DNA of 56,015 nucleotides from a virus (Duplodnaviria; Caudoviricetes). The notes below the pieces were generated by a model. It did not search any database. It saw only the letters and a list, made by a program, of their open reading frames with translations, and was not told where the DNA came from. A program made the position numbers and the translations under genes. The stretch covers positions 1-56,015 of the IMG/VR virus record IMGVR_UViG_3300046006_001695. The stretch is one strand, 5' to 3'. Positions 9,285 through 20,100 of the stretch are shown in pieces. Each line of letters opens with the position of its first letter. Within the stretch, counting starts at the first letter, position 1.

Positions 9285-10670
9285 TCACTCTTCCGAAAAA
9301 TCATCGTGGAGTTCAGATAATTTCTTTGCAAGAGTCTTTTTTAACATACCTTCTCCCGCCTGCATTTGCTTCTTCAACAGAATGCCCTTGGAAGAATTTT
9401 CATCATAAATTTCAATCTTTCCAAGACCAGTGTTCATATATACGGGCAACGTAACACCATCAACACCGAATCGATTCTTCATAACATGGCAACGGCCAGT
9501 ATGATTTGCCTTATCTTCCAGTTTACGCGACAGGGAAATCACCAAGTCAGCGGTCATAATTTTCTGGTATGATTCGGCAATCTTATCCGCTTGAATAACT
9601 TCATCTTGAATACTACTGCGTTGTGTTTGTGAGGCGGTCCAGCAGGGAATGGCCATCTCACCAGACATACCACGAATTTCTTCATAGATTGCCCCCAGTT
9701 CTTGGTGTCGAGCGTCTATACGATCAGTAGAACGCATAAGATCGGCATAATCAATTAGTATTAAATCGGGTTTGAGTTTATTACTAATCAAATGATCGAG
9801 ATGTGCCCGAATCGTATGAACGGTAATGGATCGTGCAGGATAATATTTAATGATAATATCACCCGTAACCCCATCGACTGCATCTCGCACCAACTGAGGA
9901 TGTTGTGGAACATTACCCGGCTCAATACCCGTAAAGATCGTATCATATCGAAGTCCAACATAATTCTCGTTCAACTCCAAGGTATAATATACCACCCGTT
10001 TTCCTGCCTTTGCAGCGTTTGCTCCAATCGTGGCAAGTGCCCAACTCTTACCAATACCAGATGGTGCAGCAATCACACCAAGTTCACCAGCACCCAATCC
10101 ACCACCGATTAATTGATCAATGGAATCCCAACCAGTGGGAACCACAATACGAGAAATACCCGATAGTCGAATACCAATGTCGTCTCTCCAATTATGTCCA
10201 ATGTTACGAGGCTGTCCTGCTTTCATTGCCCCATCAATCAAATTCTTAATTTCACCATATTGTCCCATTTGCAATAAATCAACGGAACGGATAATAGCAG
10301 ACTTAATTGCTTGGTTTTTTGCAAAGTCTAGAAAACTATCACGGATATATTGCAAGTCTTCATCGTTCTTTCTTTGAAACGCCGACCGTAATTGGTCTTT
10401 AATGGCAATCTTCAACACATCATCATTAATCACATCCAGCTTCACTTTAAATACTTCTAGCGTGGGTAACGCCTTATAATCAGCAAAGTAATCAATCGTC
10501 GTATCAACAATCCATTGCCCCGCGTTTGATTCAAAGAATTTAGGATTTAATACATCCAACGATTGTTGTAAAAATTCGGTAGACGACAACAAACTTGCTA
10601 ATACTTTTGCCTGAAACGTTGGTCCGTATTTTGCAAGATTGTCTACTGTCGTATCATACTGTGGTGTCAT
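9285..10670 (-). CDS. replicative helicase (gp41/DnaB family)
   Basis: Walker A APSGIGKS, YTLEL, LIDYAD, TASQ and KNRFG. Confidence 0.93.
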   Translation of the reverse strand: MTPQYDTTVDNLAKYGPTFQAKVLASLLSSTEFLQQSLDVLNPKFFESNAGQWIVDTTIDYFADYKALPTLEVFKVKLDVINDDVLKIAIKDQLRSAFQRKNDEDLQYIRDSFLDFAKNQAIKSAIIRSVDLLQMGQYGEIKNLIDGAMKAGQPRNIGHNWRDDIGIRLSGISRIVVPTGWDSIDQLIGGGLGAGELGVIAAPSGIGKSWALATIGANAAKAGKRVVYYTLELNENYVGLRYDTIFTGIEPGNVPQHPQLVRDAVDGVTGDIIIKYYPARSITVHTIRAHLDHLISNKLKPDLILIDYADLMRSTDRIDARHQELGAIYEEIRGMSGEMAIPCWTASQTQRSSIQDEVIQADKIAESYQKIMTADLVISLSRKLEDKANHTGRCHVMKNRFGVDGVTLPVYMNTGLGKIEIYDENSSKGILLKKQMQAGEGMLKKTLAKKLSELHDDFSEE

Positions 10671-11706
10671 TGTTAAACCTGCTAAGAGGAATGAAATTCT
10701 GCGATAACCAACTGTCGTAGTTGGGGAATGCTTGTAGTAATCTAGACTTCATCATCAACTTTGTCAAGTCTACCTTCCGCAATGAAGTTTGTGTCGTCTG
10801 AAATCTATTGACTACCTTCATTTTAGCATCAATCGACATGATACTTTCGTGGAGATTCATTAATGTAATATTTCGTTCAACTATATCTTCATTATTTAAA
10901 ATGTTCTCAATCATCTTGGGAACCTTTTTTATATTTGCATATTTATTGCGAATCATGTCTACCGAAATTTCTGCGGTTGGGTCAGCAATTTCTGGAAGAT
11001 ACTTTTTCAGATTAGTTTCTCCAACACCCTTTACTCCATCAATATTATCACTCTTATCCCCATCTAACGCACGGAAGAAATGAAAGTGTTTTGGATGAAT
11101 GCCATAATCTTCCAAGATTACTTGGTCACTAAATGTTTTCTTTTTGATGGGATTATAGATTTTGATATTTTCTGCGGCAAGTTGAAAGAAATCCTTATCA
11201 GTAGAATAAATAATACTATCTCCGCCGTCTGCCGTAACCAATTGTGATAAATATGCAATCACATCATCTGCTTCTACGTTGTCCAACGCAAAAATAGTAA
11301 CGGGCAAACATTCCAGCATTTCAACCAATGATACCAACTGCCACTTCATATTTTCTTTTTCTTGTTCATCCGTCGTTAAATCATAACTCCGGTTCAACCG
11401 AACCGGAGGTTTACGATTTGCCTTATACTGCGGATAAATCTTTCTACGACTTTGGCTGCCACCCTTTCCATCAAAAACAATGATGGTCCGGGTGGGCTTA
11501 AACGTGCGAATAGCAAGACCTAAACTCTTAAAGAATCCAATCATGCCCCCAATGTGATTTCCATCGTCATCCATTGAAGGCACGGCAGAATACGAACGTA
11601 TGAAAAGGTTCATCGCGTCAACCAACAATACCCGACTGTTATATGTCATACCTTGCGGGTCTTCTTCAAACTTCATATTGTGAAAAATATCTTGCAGATT
11701 AGCCAT
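10654..11706 (-). CDS. 5'-3' exonuclease / flap endonuclease (T4 RNase H, Pol I N-terminal type)
   Basis: LLVDAMN, VFDGKG, YKANR, EADDVIA, STDKDF, GDKSDNIDGVKGVG; start taken at MANLQ (11706), open frame to 11751. Confidence 0.93.
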   Translation of the reverse strand: MANLQDIFHNMKFEEDPQGMTYNSRVLLVDAMNLFIRSYSAVPSMDDDGNHIGGMIGFFKSLGLAIRTFKPTRTIIVFDGKGGSQSRRKIYPQYKANRKPPVRLNRSYDLTTDEQEKENMKWQLVSLVEMLECLPVTIFALDNVEADDVIAYLSQLVTADGGDSIIYSTDKDFFQLAAENIKIYNPIKKKTFSDQVILEDYGIHPKHFHFFRALDGDKSDNIDGVKGVGETNLKKYLPEIADPTAEISVDMIRNKYANIKKVPKMIENILNNEDIVERNITLMNLHESIMSIDAKMKVVNRFQTTQTSLRKVDLTKLMMKSRLLQAFPNYDSWLSQNFIPLSRFNNDTTV

Positions 11707-12028
11707 GTAGGATTTCTTTATTGATAATGTTTGATTGAACACCCATAGCATCTGTTTGGGTGGTGGTCCATGTGCCCATCAAGTTCGGTGGATTAATTGT
11801 GTAGGTGTGCGCAGGAGAGGTACGAATGGTTACTGATGCCTCCCCGCCCCGCTTTAAGGGTCCGACTGGTTTCAACTGAACCTGTGGCTCTGCTTGCATT
11901 AACAACCGACGAAGTTCTAATTCGAAATCGTCACGGTGCTGGGCGACTCCTGGCCAGGAGTACTTGTCGTCCCACGACTTATCATACGCAGACAATACAA
12001 GCTGCACAATATCTTCTGGATTATTCAT
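11699..12028 (-). CDS. hypothetical protein
   Basis: 109 aa ORF that overlaps both neighbours by 8 nt; no motif recognised. Confidence 0.65.
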   Translation of the reverse strand: MNNPEDIVQLVLSAYDKSWDDKYSWPGVAQHRDDFELELRRLLMQAEPQVQLKPVGPLKRGGEASVTIRTSPAHTYTINPPNLMGTWTTTQTDAMGVQSNIINKEILHG

Positions 12029-13163
12029 CTTCAGTTGCCGCCATAATACTCACATCTTCAGGATCAAATTCACTCTGATACTTCATAATCAGTGAATCAC
12101 AAATCTCACTGTAGAGTGCTTCCTTCCGAATAGGGTCTGCATCTAAGAACGCTTGAAAGTCCTTCGATTGAAACTTCGTTTCTTCTCCCGTAGTAGGATC
12201 GACATAGGCATACCATGCCCCTGCCTGCTTGACCATTTTGTTTTCCTTCAATACCTTCAGCCAACTACCCAAATCGTCAATACCACGATTAAAGTAAATT
12301 TCAAATTCTGCCGTGCGATGTGGCGGTCCAAGACGATTCTTGACAACATTTGCCTTCACCTTCACACCGATCACATCACCACTGGAATTACTAATCTTAC
12401 CGAGCAACGACAATCGAAGACGAGTCGATGCGTGGAATGCAATTGCCTTACCACCCGAAGTCGTCCACGGGTCAGAGAACGCCATTGCATTCATCTTCTG
12501 ACGGAGCTGATTCGTGAAGACGAGTGCAATCCGTTCACGGCCCAACAATCCCGTAATCTTACGCATTGCCTTACTGATGATGATAGCCTTGTCGGTCGCA
12601 TATCCATCCTTCCCGAAGTCTGCTTCCATTTCCTTCTTGGTGGATGCGGCGGCAACGGAGTCTACTACGATGGTGACAAGCTTATCCCGTTTCTTGGGGT
12701 CTTTGCGCACTTCTTCGATAATAACCGTGATTGCGTCAAAGATTTCTTCAACCGTCTGCAACTGGACATATACCAACTTATTCATGTCGATACCGACTGC
12801 CTTAAAGAACTCCGCATTGACTGCTGTCTCAGTGTCAATCAGAACCCCTACCCCACCCCTTCTCTGCGTGTTTGCAATCATCTGTGCCCCTATCAGAGAC
12901 TTCCCAGACCCCTCTAATCCAGTGAGTTCGGTGATACGCCCAACCGCAATTCCTCCATTCGGACGATTACTAATTGCCACATCCAACATGGTTGCGCCCG
13001 TTGAAATGAAGTCGGTAAAATCCGTTGGCGTTGATTCTCGTCCATCAAGGAAGAATGCAACTTGGTCACTATCCTTATTCATTTTATTCAAAGATACTGC
13101 AATAAGTTGTGCTAACTCATCACGATCTGGTTCTTGAATAACTTTCTTATCTGGTTTTGCCAT
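12021..13163 (-). CDS. recA: RecA/UvsX recombinase
   Basis: GRITELTGLEGSGKS, IDTE, VVDSVAA, FTNQLR, TSGGKA and KNRL. Confidence 0.96.
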   Translation of the reverse strand: MAKPDKKVIQEPDRDELAQLIAVSLNKMNKDSDQVAFFLDGRESTPTDFTDFISTGATMLDVAISNRPNGGIAVGRITELTGLEGSGKSLIGAQMIANTQRRGGVGVLIDTETAVNAEFFKAVGIDMNKLVYVQLQTVEEIFDAITVIIEEVRKDPKKRDKLVTIVVDSVAAASTKKEMEADFGKDGYATDKAIIISKAMRKITGLLGRERIALVFTNQLRQKMNAMAFSDPWTTSGGKAIAFHASTRLRLSLLGKISNSSGDVIGVKVKANVVKNRLGPPHRTAEFEIYFNRGIDDLGSWLKVLKENKMVKQAGAWYAYVDPTTGEETKFQSKDFQAFLDADPIRKEALYSEICDSLIMKYQSEFDPEDVSIMAATEDE

Positions 13164-13206
13164 ATTATTTTCCTATAGTATAATAACGTGAATGACCCAC
13201 TATGTA

Positions 13207-13235
13207 AATATAGTGGGCCATCCAAGTAAAGTCAA
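13207..13235 (-). promoter_or_regulatory. sigma70-type promoter with inverted repeat over the -10
   Basis: TTGACT-N17-TATATT; inverted repeat 13192-13203 / 13210-13221. Confidence 0.75.
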
Positions 13236-13241
13236 GTGATG

Positions 13242-14036
13242 TTAGTTAAATACTTCGTCAAACTCGTCAATCATATCCTTGACTGACGTTGACTTAAGTT
13301 CTACTGACTTAGCTGCCGTGGGTGAGGTGGGCTTAGTTACAACTTCTTCCTTCACAGGAGCAGCAGTGGGAGGAGCCTTGACTGCATCTGGGTCAAGGTA
13401 TCGTTCGAGCGCAACTTTCAGTTCTTCGTATGAGGGTTCCTTGAAAATTGAACGAATGTCCGGCTGGTCCGTAAGAAACTTCTGAATCTTCTCTGCAGAA
13501 TCCGCAAGTGGCGTCTGATTCGGCTTAGGACGAACCATCGTCTTGGCAAAGTTCGTATCACTCTTTTCCTGCGGGATATATTCTACCACAATGTCACGGC
13601 CGTTCTGTACATCGGTGATATCGCCGTAATCGGGGTCAGAGATAATAGACAACAGTTCGGTGTATACAATCTTGCCAAACGACATGAAGCGAACGCCCTT
13701 ATCTTCTTCACCACGAACAATGATAGGAACGAATGTACGCAACTTTGGACGGAACGGACGTGCCTGCTGCCAATCATCCTTAGAACCGCCGGCCTGTAGT
13801 GCGTCTGCAAATTCTACGATAGGATCACGGTTACCGTTTGAGGTAGGAGACAGATGCGTCTTATTGCCGAGATAATGAAAATATAGTTCAACGAACGGAT
13901 TTTCCTTGTTATCCTTCCACGGAACAATACGAATAACCGTCTTACCTTCCGTGGGCTTCCATAGTGCGTCACTACGGTCGTTCTGACGAGTGAACTGATT
14001 GAGCTTAGACTTGAGTGCTGAGATGTTAATTCCCAT
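13242..14036 (-). CDS. single-stranded DNA-binding protein (gp32-like)
   Basis: LWKP..GKTVIRIVP...PF.E.YFHY, YGDITD...GRD and an acidic C-terminal tail (DEFDEVFN); next to RecA. Confidence 0.85.
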   Translation of the reverse strand: MGINISALKSKLNQFTRQNDRSDALWKPTEGKTVIRIVPWKDNKENPFVELYFHYLGNKTHLSPTSNGNRDPIVEFADALQAGGSKDDWQQARPFRPKLRTFVPIIVRGEEDKGVRFMSFGKIVYTELLSIISDPDYGDITDVQNGRDIVVEYIPQEKSDTNFAKTMVRPKPNQTPLADSAEKIQKFLTDQPDIRSIFKEPSYEELKVALERYLDPDAVKAPPTAAPVKEEVVTKPTSPTAAKSVELKSTSVKDMIDEFDEVFN

Positions 14037-14095
14037 ACGTGTGTACCTCTTAGAGTTTAGAATGTTTTGTTTAGTGAGTTATTGCCCACTTTGTA

Positions 14096-14124
14096 AAGGT
14101 AGTGGGCCGACCTTAGTTTGTCAA
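14096..14124 (-). promoter_or_regulatory. sigma70-type promoter with inverted repeat over the -10
   Basis: TTGACA-N17-TACCTT; inverted repeat GCCCACT/AGTGGGC at 14084-14090 / 14101-14107. Confidence 0.7.
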
Positions 14125-14133
14125 GGGGTGATA

Positions 14134-14541
14134 TTATAATTCTATGATATCGGATAATTTAGTATTAACTACTTTAAGTTTACCGTATGCGGTAACCAAT
14201 ACAGAATTTTTTAATTCATCCCAATTAATTCGAAATGATTTATCTAATACGCCATTGTTTTTCAATTCAATCAATTTATTAATTGCATTTATTGTATAGA
14301 TTGTATTCGTTTGCTTTTTTCTATGTACCGAAATTGTTGACGCCGGTGGTAATGTATTTGAATGTGTTTTCGTAATATTATATGTTAGTACTAATTGATT
14401 GGCATCTTCTATATTTTCTAGTAGATATAATTTATTGAATACTAACACATACGAATTTTTTATAATATCAATAGTGGCGTCTAACTCATCTACGGATGTG
14501 AACGTGCATAATAATTGCGTTTCAGTATTCATATATAACAT
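14134..14541 (-). CDS. hypothetical phage protein
   Basis: Clean 135 aa ORF with its own promoter; function not recognised. Confidence 0.75.
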   Translation of the reverse strand: MLYMNTETQLLCTFTSVDELDATIDIIKNSYVLVFNKLYLLENIEDANQLVLTYNITKTHSNTLPPASTISVHRKKQTNTIYTINAINKLIELKNNGVLDKSFRINWDELKNSVLVTAYGKLKVVNTKLSDIIEL

Positions 14542-14570
14542 CCATTAAAGGTATAACAGTATTAATAAAT

Positions 14571-14599
14571 ATTATAAATAAACGTCAAACCACCGTCAA
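14571..14599 (-). promoter_or_regulatory. sigma70-type promoter
   Basis: TTGACG-N17-TATAAT, immediately followed by ATATTTAT. Confidence 0.7.
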
Positions 14600-14622
14600 G
14601 TCACCGTAAAATAATGGGTATT

Positions 14623-15483
14623 TTACTCTGAAATTGCTCTTCCTTTCAGCATCTCCCAATCTTTCTCTGGACGGTCGATTGTAATGTTTCTTGTCCATGC
14701 CGCATCTAATACCGGAGTGGGTACATTAAGTTCTCGTGCTACATGACGAATTGCCGAAATATCTTTGGGGAAACACGTGCCACCAAATCCATTGTGACCA
14801 TCCGGCCCAGGAACTTGCCAGTGCGATTTACCCATACGAGAATCTGACACTATGGCATCTTTCATAGTATTCCAATTAACATTTAATCTAGAAGCAAGTG
14901 CTTCCATTTCATTCGCAAATGATACTTTGGTAGCAAGAAATGTATTACACAAATACTTATAAAATTCAGCATCAGTTGCACCAACCGTTGCAGAATATTT
15001 AACAGAATCTACAGTACTTTTAATTTCAGTTAGTACATCGAATGCAATGTCTCTCCATACCCATCCACAATATCCTAATAACATAACATCTTGATTTAAA
15101 TAATCATTTTTATAATTTGCTTCCGTTAAAAACTCTGGATTAAACATTACGACATGTTTATTATTCATATCTTGTAATTTCTCCGTTGTCTTAGGCGGTA
15201 CTGTAGATTTTATGACTATTAGTTTCGGGGTCTTACTTTTACCAATATCATTTACCACTGACTCAACAATCGACGTATCACATTCACCGGAAGATTTCAT
15301 CGGCGTTGGTACGGCAACATATATCAAATCAACCAACTCCACCAATTCTTGTAACGATTTGCATGATGGGGTTGTTTCTGGATTAACATCAAATGTATGT
15401 ACCTTGCGATTTTTTAAAGTATATGCGTTTAATACAGCACCCCCCACATATCCCAATCCAACGATTCCTATCTTAAAACTCAT
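14623..15483 (-). CDS. UDP-glucose/GDP-mannose dehydrogenase family protein (short form)
   Basis: GLGYVG, AVPTP, IKSTVPP, NPEFL, KY..N.FLA.K and GFGGTCFPKD; lacks the C-terminal UDP-binding domain. Confidence 0.92.
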   Translation of the reverse strand: MSFKIGIVGLGYVGGAVLNAYTLKNRKVHTFDVNPETTPSCKSLQELVELVDLIYVAVPTPMKSSGECDTSIVESVVNDIGKSKTPKLIVIKSTVPPKTTEKLQDMNNKHVVMFNPEFLTEANYKNDYLNQDVMLLGYCGWVWRDIAFDVLTEIKSTVDSVKYSATVGATDAEFYKYLCNTFLATKVSFANEMEALASRLNVNWNTMKDAIVSDSRMGKSHWQVPGPDGHNGFGGTCFPKDISAIRHVARELNVPTPVLDAAWTRNITIDRPEKDWEMLKGRAISE

Positions 15484-16769
15484 AACCGTATCTCCTTAAT
15501 GTTACCGTATGTATTTCCTGAATATATACGCACAGGGAATTTTTTATTTTCTTCTAAAATCTCTTGTATCTTCTGTAGGATATTAATATCCATAGTTTGC
15601 ATATCCAACAGTATACTATCATATGTATACAACACCAAATGATTTGTAGTATTTTTCATGAGTTCAATAATACGAGTTAATTTTGGCAATGTTCGTACCA
15701 TTTCTAATGATTGTACATAATAATTGAACAGTTTACTTGCATTTGGTGACGGTACATTAACAGTAATACCGTTAGGTAACTTGATGAAGTTCACCCGTTC
15801 ATATTGCTTTCTATGTTCGTGAATCTTTTCAAATAATTCAAAATTATAGGTTTCGATGCTCGTGCCATACATAACTTCAAAAGTGCGCCGTTTACTTTCC
15901 GCATACATATCTTCTGTAATATCTAATGTATTGAAGTATACCTTCGCAAGTTCGGTATGAATTGATTGTTCACTGGGTAAGTCTACTCCCAGTTCATTTG
16001 CCATCAATCGTAGATGATATGCCTCAAAATCCATTTGTACCAGTGACCCAGATGGATATCTACTAATAAAACTATCACGGGAACCGTCTGACTTATTTAA
16101 TGCGGCAAAGTTTATACCACCAAATCTATTACTTGGACGACCTGTAGCAGTATATGGATTATATTCGGTATATACCATGTTATCTTTGAACGCACGTTTT
16201 GTATCAGACGAAAAATGTTCTGATAATAATGTCCTGTCTACGCACAGTCCCGCAGATTCAATATCTTTCAACGTAGACAACAATTTGTACATATACTCAT
16301 ATTGTGGCGGATCATATAATGGAATGAATTTACGTAGCATCGTATTATACTGTTCGCCAATTGCACCCCACGTTGTTAATGGAATGATTCTATTTACGTG
16401 ACGCATATTGTGAAACATGTTATGTGTATCACGAATGTACGAGGTAAATGTATCTTCTAATGTTGGGACATTCATTTGATGAATATACGCAATTGCTGAT
16501 ACGTCTACATCAAGGCACGGTGTAGTCAGTACTTTACTGTTTGCCGTAAAACACAGTGCATTTCCAACCGGCATTTCAAAGTGCGGAGCATCGTCATGTG
16601 AAATGGACACGGTAAAACTTTCACCGTTCATGAACGTTATACATACACATAACAATTCATTTTCCATAACATGATAATATAAATCACGAAAGATCGGCGT
16701 GCAAATATGCATCTCCCGATCCATCCGTGACTTCAACTCGTTATATTGTTCGTAACTATTAATAACCAT
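15480..16769 (-). CDS. family A DNA polymerase-like protein (compact, divergent)
   Basis: TATGRPS, motif A MDFEAYHLRLMA, motif B KRRTFEVMYG, NYYVQS and motif C LYTYDSILLD. Confidence 0.8.
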   Translation of the reverse strand: MVINSYEQYNELKSRMDREMHICTPIFRDLYYHVMENELLCVCITFMNGESFTVSISHDDAPHFEMPVGNALCFTANSKVLTTPCLDVDVSAIAYIHQMNVPTLEDTFTSYIRDTHNMFHNMRHVNRIIPLTTWGAIGEQYNTMLRKFIPLYDPPQYEYMYKLLSTLKDIESAGLCVDRTLLSEHFSSDTKRAFKDNMVYTEYNPYTATGRPSNRFGGINFAALNKSDGSRDSFISRYPSGSLVQMDFEAYHLRLMANELGVDLPSEQSIHTELAKVYFNTLDITEDMYAESKRRTFEVMYGTSIETYNFELFEKIHEHRKQYERVNFIKLPNGITVNVPSPNASKLFNYYVQSLEMVRTLPKLTRIIELMKNTTNHLVLYTYDSILLDMQTMDINILQKIQEILEENKKFPVRIYSGNTYGNIKEIRL

Positions 16770-17177
16770 TTATACCTCTTCGGCGAACCAATACTCCAGA
16801 TAACTTGTAATATACTTCAACAGTCCTCCAAAAGTCAAGTCCGCCTCGGATACTACTACACGATTCGTATCTTCTACCCCATAAATTGTTACACCATTTA
16901 AAAGTTTTATATTTTGTTTTTTGCCCACAATTTTCCATTTTATTTCTGTCGTAACAAACCGTGGGTTTTCTTTCAGTTCGTAATATTGACTATCATTTAC
17001 CTCTACAATAAAGTCTTTATCGGTGACCTGCCGTACAAAATATCGTATAATAAATCCATTTTTAGCATCAGTCTGCGTAACAATCGGCAATGACTGCGTA
17101 GGCATTTCATCCAAAATACGGGTTAATCGTTGTTCGTCAGACTTATAAAGTTTTTGTATTAAATCGATGTCAATCAT
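16770..17177 (-). CDS. hypothetical protein
   Basis: 135 aa ORF tightly packed at the end of the baseplate cluster. Confidence 0.7.
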   Translation of the reverse strand: MIDIDLIQKLYKSDEQRLTRILDEMPTQSLPIVTQTDAKNGFIIRYFVRQVTDKDFIVEVNDSQYYELKENPRFVTTEIKWKIVGKKQNIKLLNGVTIYGVEDTNRVVVSEADLTFGGLLKYITSYLEYWFAEEV

Positions 17178-17179
17178 TA

Positions 17180-20100
17180 TTATGTACCTACTGGGGCAGT
17201 GATATTTGATGCTCGGGTAGTCTTAGCGGTTTTAAATTTTGCCTCCATTGCGGCTTTCCAATTAGTTCCCAAATAATTAAATGTTGAATGTACTTTAGTC
17301 GTCCATCCCTCTCTACCAATGGTATCTTCAATACCCATAATTTGAAATGCTCCAAATGCTTTATAAAAGGTAGGAATACGATCAATCCAAAATAATTCAC
17401 CGATGCGCAACCCTGCTATACCAGGCATCTCGATATCACCTTTTATTGATAGTGCTCCTGGAGATGCGCCAAAAGCATTAGCAAACTGACCATTAGCAGA
17501 ATCTGTAATTTCTGAAACCATCATATCTGGAAATATTTCAATATATCTAAATATTCTATTCATACCCGGGAAATCTCTGATTGCCTTTTCGGCTGCCTTG
17601 GTTGCTTTATCTTTTTCTGCTATTACTACGGCAGTTTGAGTCATTACAGTTTTTGCTGTTTCACAATTTGCACACCGCTTCTTTCCTTCTTTAATTTGAG
17701 AGTCTCTAAAGATGGTACCATCAAAACCAATCGTTCCAATTTCAATATATGCCTCGTCACTACATACTTTAGTACTGGATGTCGATGATTTGCGTTGATT
17801 AAGTGCTGCATAATATTCCGTGCTGTCTAATCTAGTATCTCCTGCAATACCTCTATTCAACGAGTCATAATTTCCTTCACCCTTTGCAATAAACTCTTTT
17901 AACGACTGTAAACTTTTATTTTGTCTGGCAATACGTAATGCTTCTTGATATTTTGCAGAACTTGCGGTGGATCTATTTCCTGCTATTCCGTAATAATAGG
18001 ATTGCCCCGCTTCAAGTACTGCTCCTGGATCAGATTTTGATGCTGCTCCGGCGGGTCTAGTAACTCTATATGGAACTGGGATTGATGCAAATTCTTTTGC
18101 TAATTCTAATTGCGCATCTTCTATTGTTATAGATGTATCTCCATTAACAAATCTTCCCACCTTCGGTCGTTTACCAACAATTAACCAATCACCCAATTTT
18201 TCTTGCGTAGCACTATCAAATACAGTATCCGTTGGAATTTTCTGTGCCGCAATCCACGCTTTAAACGTAACAGGAATTGCTTGATATTTACCGACTGCAA
18301 GAACTGTACCAGTAGGTTTTTGTACAGATAATACTTCTGATATCGTTAATTGCGATAATTTCTTATTCGTTGGTTGTGTAGTAACGGGCGGCGCTTTTGG
18401 TGGTGGACAAGTCTGACATTTTTTACATACTTCAGATTCCAATGTTTTCTTTGCTTTTTCCTGTTCTTTTTTTAATTCATCTGCATTTTTATTGTTCAAG
18501 TTTGCAGACGGGTCAACTGCACCCGGCTTTTGTCCAACACCACCTGTGTTTGCGGTGGTTTGCACATTACCTTTTCCACATACTGCACTTGCCCTTAATT
18601 GTGCTTCGCGGGCAGTTTTTGGAAGTACCGTAATATCTGGACCTTGGATGTTGGCATCGAAATTTCCGTCCTTGTCTACACCTGCGAGGGATGTAATAGC
18701 AAACATTTTGCGCAGGGTGTCATTCGGATCAGATATTTTTGGTGGTTTATTCGGACCAAGGCCAGTTTTAGCAGCAGCAGCTGCTTCTTCTGCCAGTTCG
18801 TCTTTAGTCTTACCGGCATTTGCAATTTCCTGCATGTCTTCGGGTTGTACCAATCCCAACGTGGCAATTTGCGTAAATAATCGTTTCGGCAACGATAAAT
18901 CAATAGAACACTCGGTTAACTCCGATCCTACCAACTTGCCCGTTGCAGCATCGGTGCGAACGTATTTATTAAATGTATGCACTTTATCTATAAACTCTGA
19001 CACCGCTCGGTCAGAACTTTCTCTAAAGTTGGCATCTATTACCATGTAATTATATGGATGTTCCGAACCTTTAATTGGTTCTGCTACATCTATAGCCAAC
19101 TTCCAATAGTTTAATGTTGCGTGATTCATACGTTCCAGTAAACTCACAATACCGCGAAGAATGGTAGTACTACCTACCATACATTCTGCAACTGCCTTAT
19201 GATTTAACCACACACCGGAACTTAAAAAACCACGATCTTCTGCTGCTTTATAGGCGGTTGTAGACTCTTCAAACAATCCACGGGGATCATTTTTGTTTGA
19301 TTGATCATAAAACTTTTTTGTTTCATCATTCGTATCAAAAAACTTTACATCAGATGTTGGTATATTATACTGTGGATTTGCCTGCGCTAGTTGTACCGCT
19401 TTTTCATTAACTATAATCAATGTAGATGGGTCAATAGATCGTAAAAACTTATTCATACCAACATATGATTCCATTGGATCGTCTATATACTTTAAACTTT
19501 CTACATTTGTATTTTTTCGACCGTCGCCGGTTGCATATGGTAATAATAATCCTATTTTTTTCAGTTCCTCATCGCTCATCATCTTACTAAAAATATATTT
19601 CAGTCCCTTATAAGTTTCATCGGTACTATTCAGTACTATATTAACAAAGTATCTCCATGTTATGAAATATGCATCTTCTGAGTCCGCAAAACTATTTTGA
19701 CTTATGACGGGACTTTGTTCAGTTGCGGTCGGATCTCCACCTTTTTTATTTCCACCTTCAAGAAATTGTACATGTTTCTGCCACGGACCAGCGTTATTTC
19801 GAGTGTCGTCTAATAAAGTTTTAAAATTTATACCACCGGTAACGGTTTCTGTGAAATATGACGATACACTGGTGGTATCAGATGCACAAAAGTATTTTGT
19901 ACTGGAGTCTTTTGATGGAATTACTGTATTTTGCGTAGAGTATGCAAACGAATCTTCTGACGGTCCTACAATTTTTACTGTACAATTAAATGATCCATCG
20001 GAATTGGATTTGGTACTAAAGTTTGCCACACGACCAAACATCCACATGTACTGCCCCTGTGATGTATATGCATAATCATCTAAAATTTCTTTTAGTCCTA

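Noticed and set aside
1930-10670. Inteins or introns in PolB, RNR or helicase
   Set aside because: Lengths are ordinary, motifs are contiguous, and no intein splice or homing-endonuclease motifs were seen.
12153-13137. Long plus-strand ORFs opposite recA, and similar ones opposite RNR, ligase and fibre genes
   Set aside because: No recognisable motifs or start signals; expected from codon bias on the coding strand.
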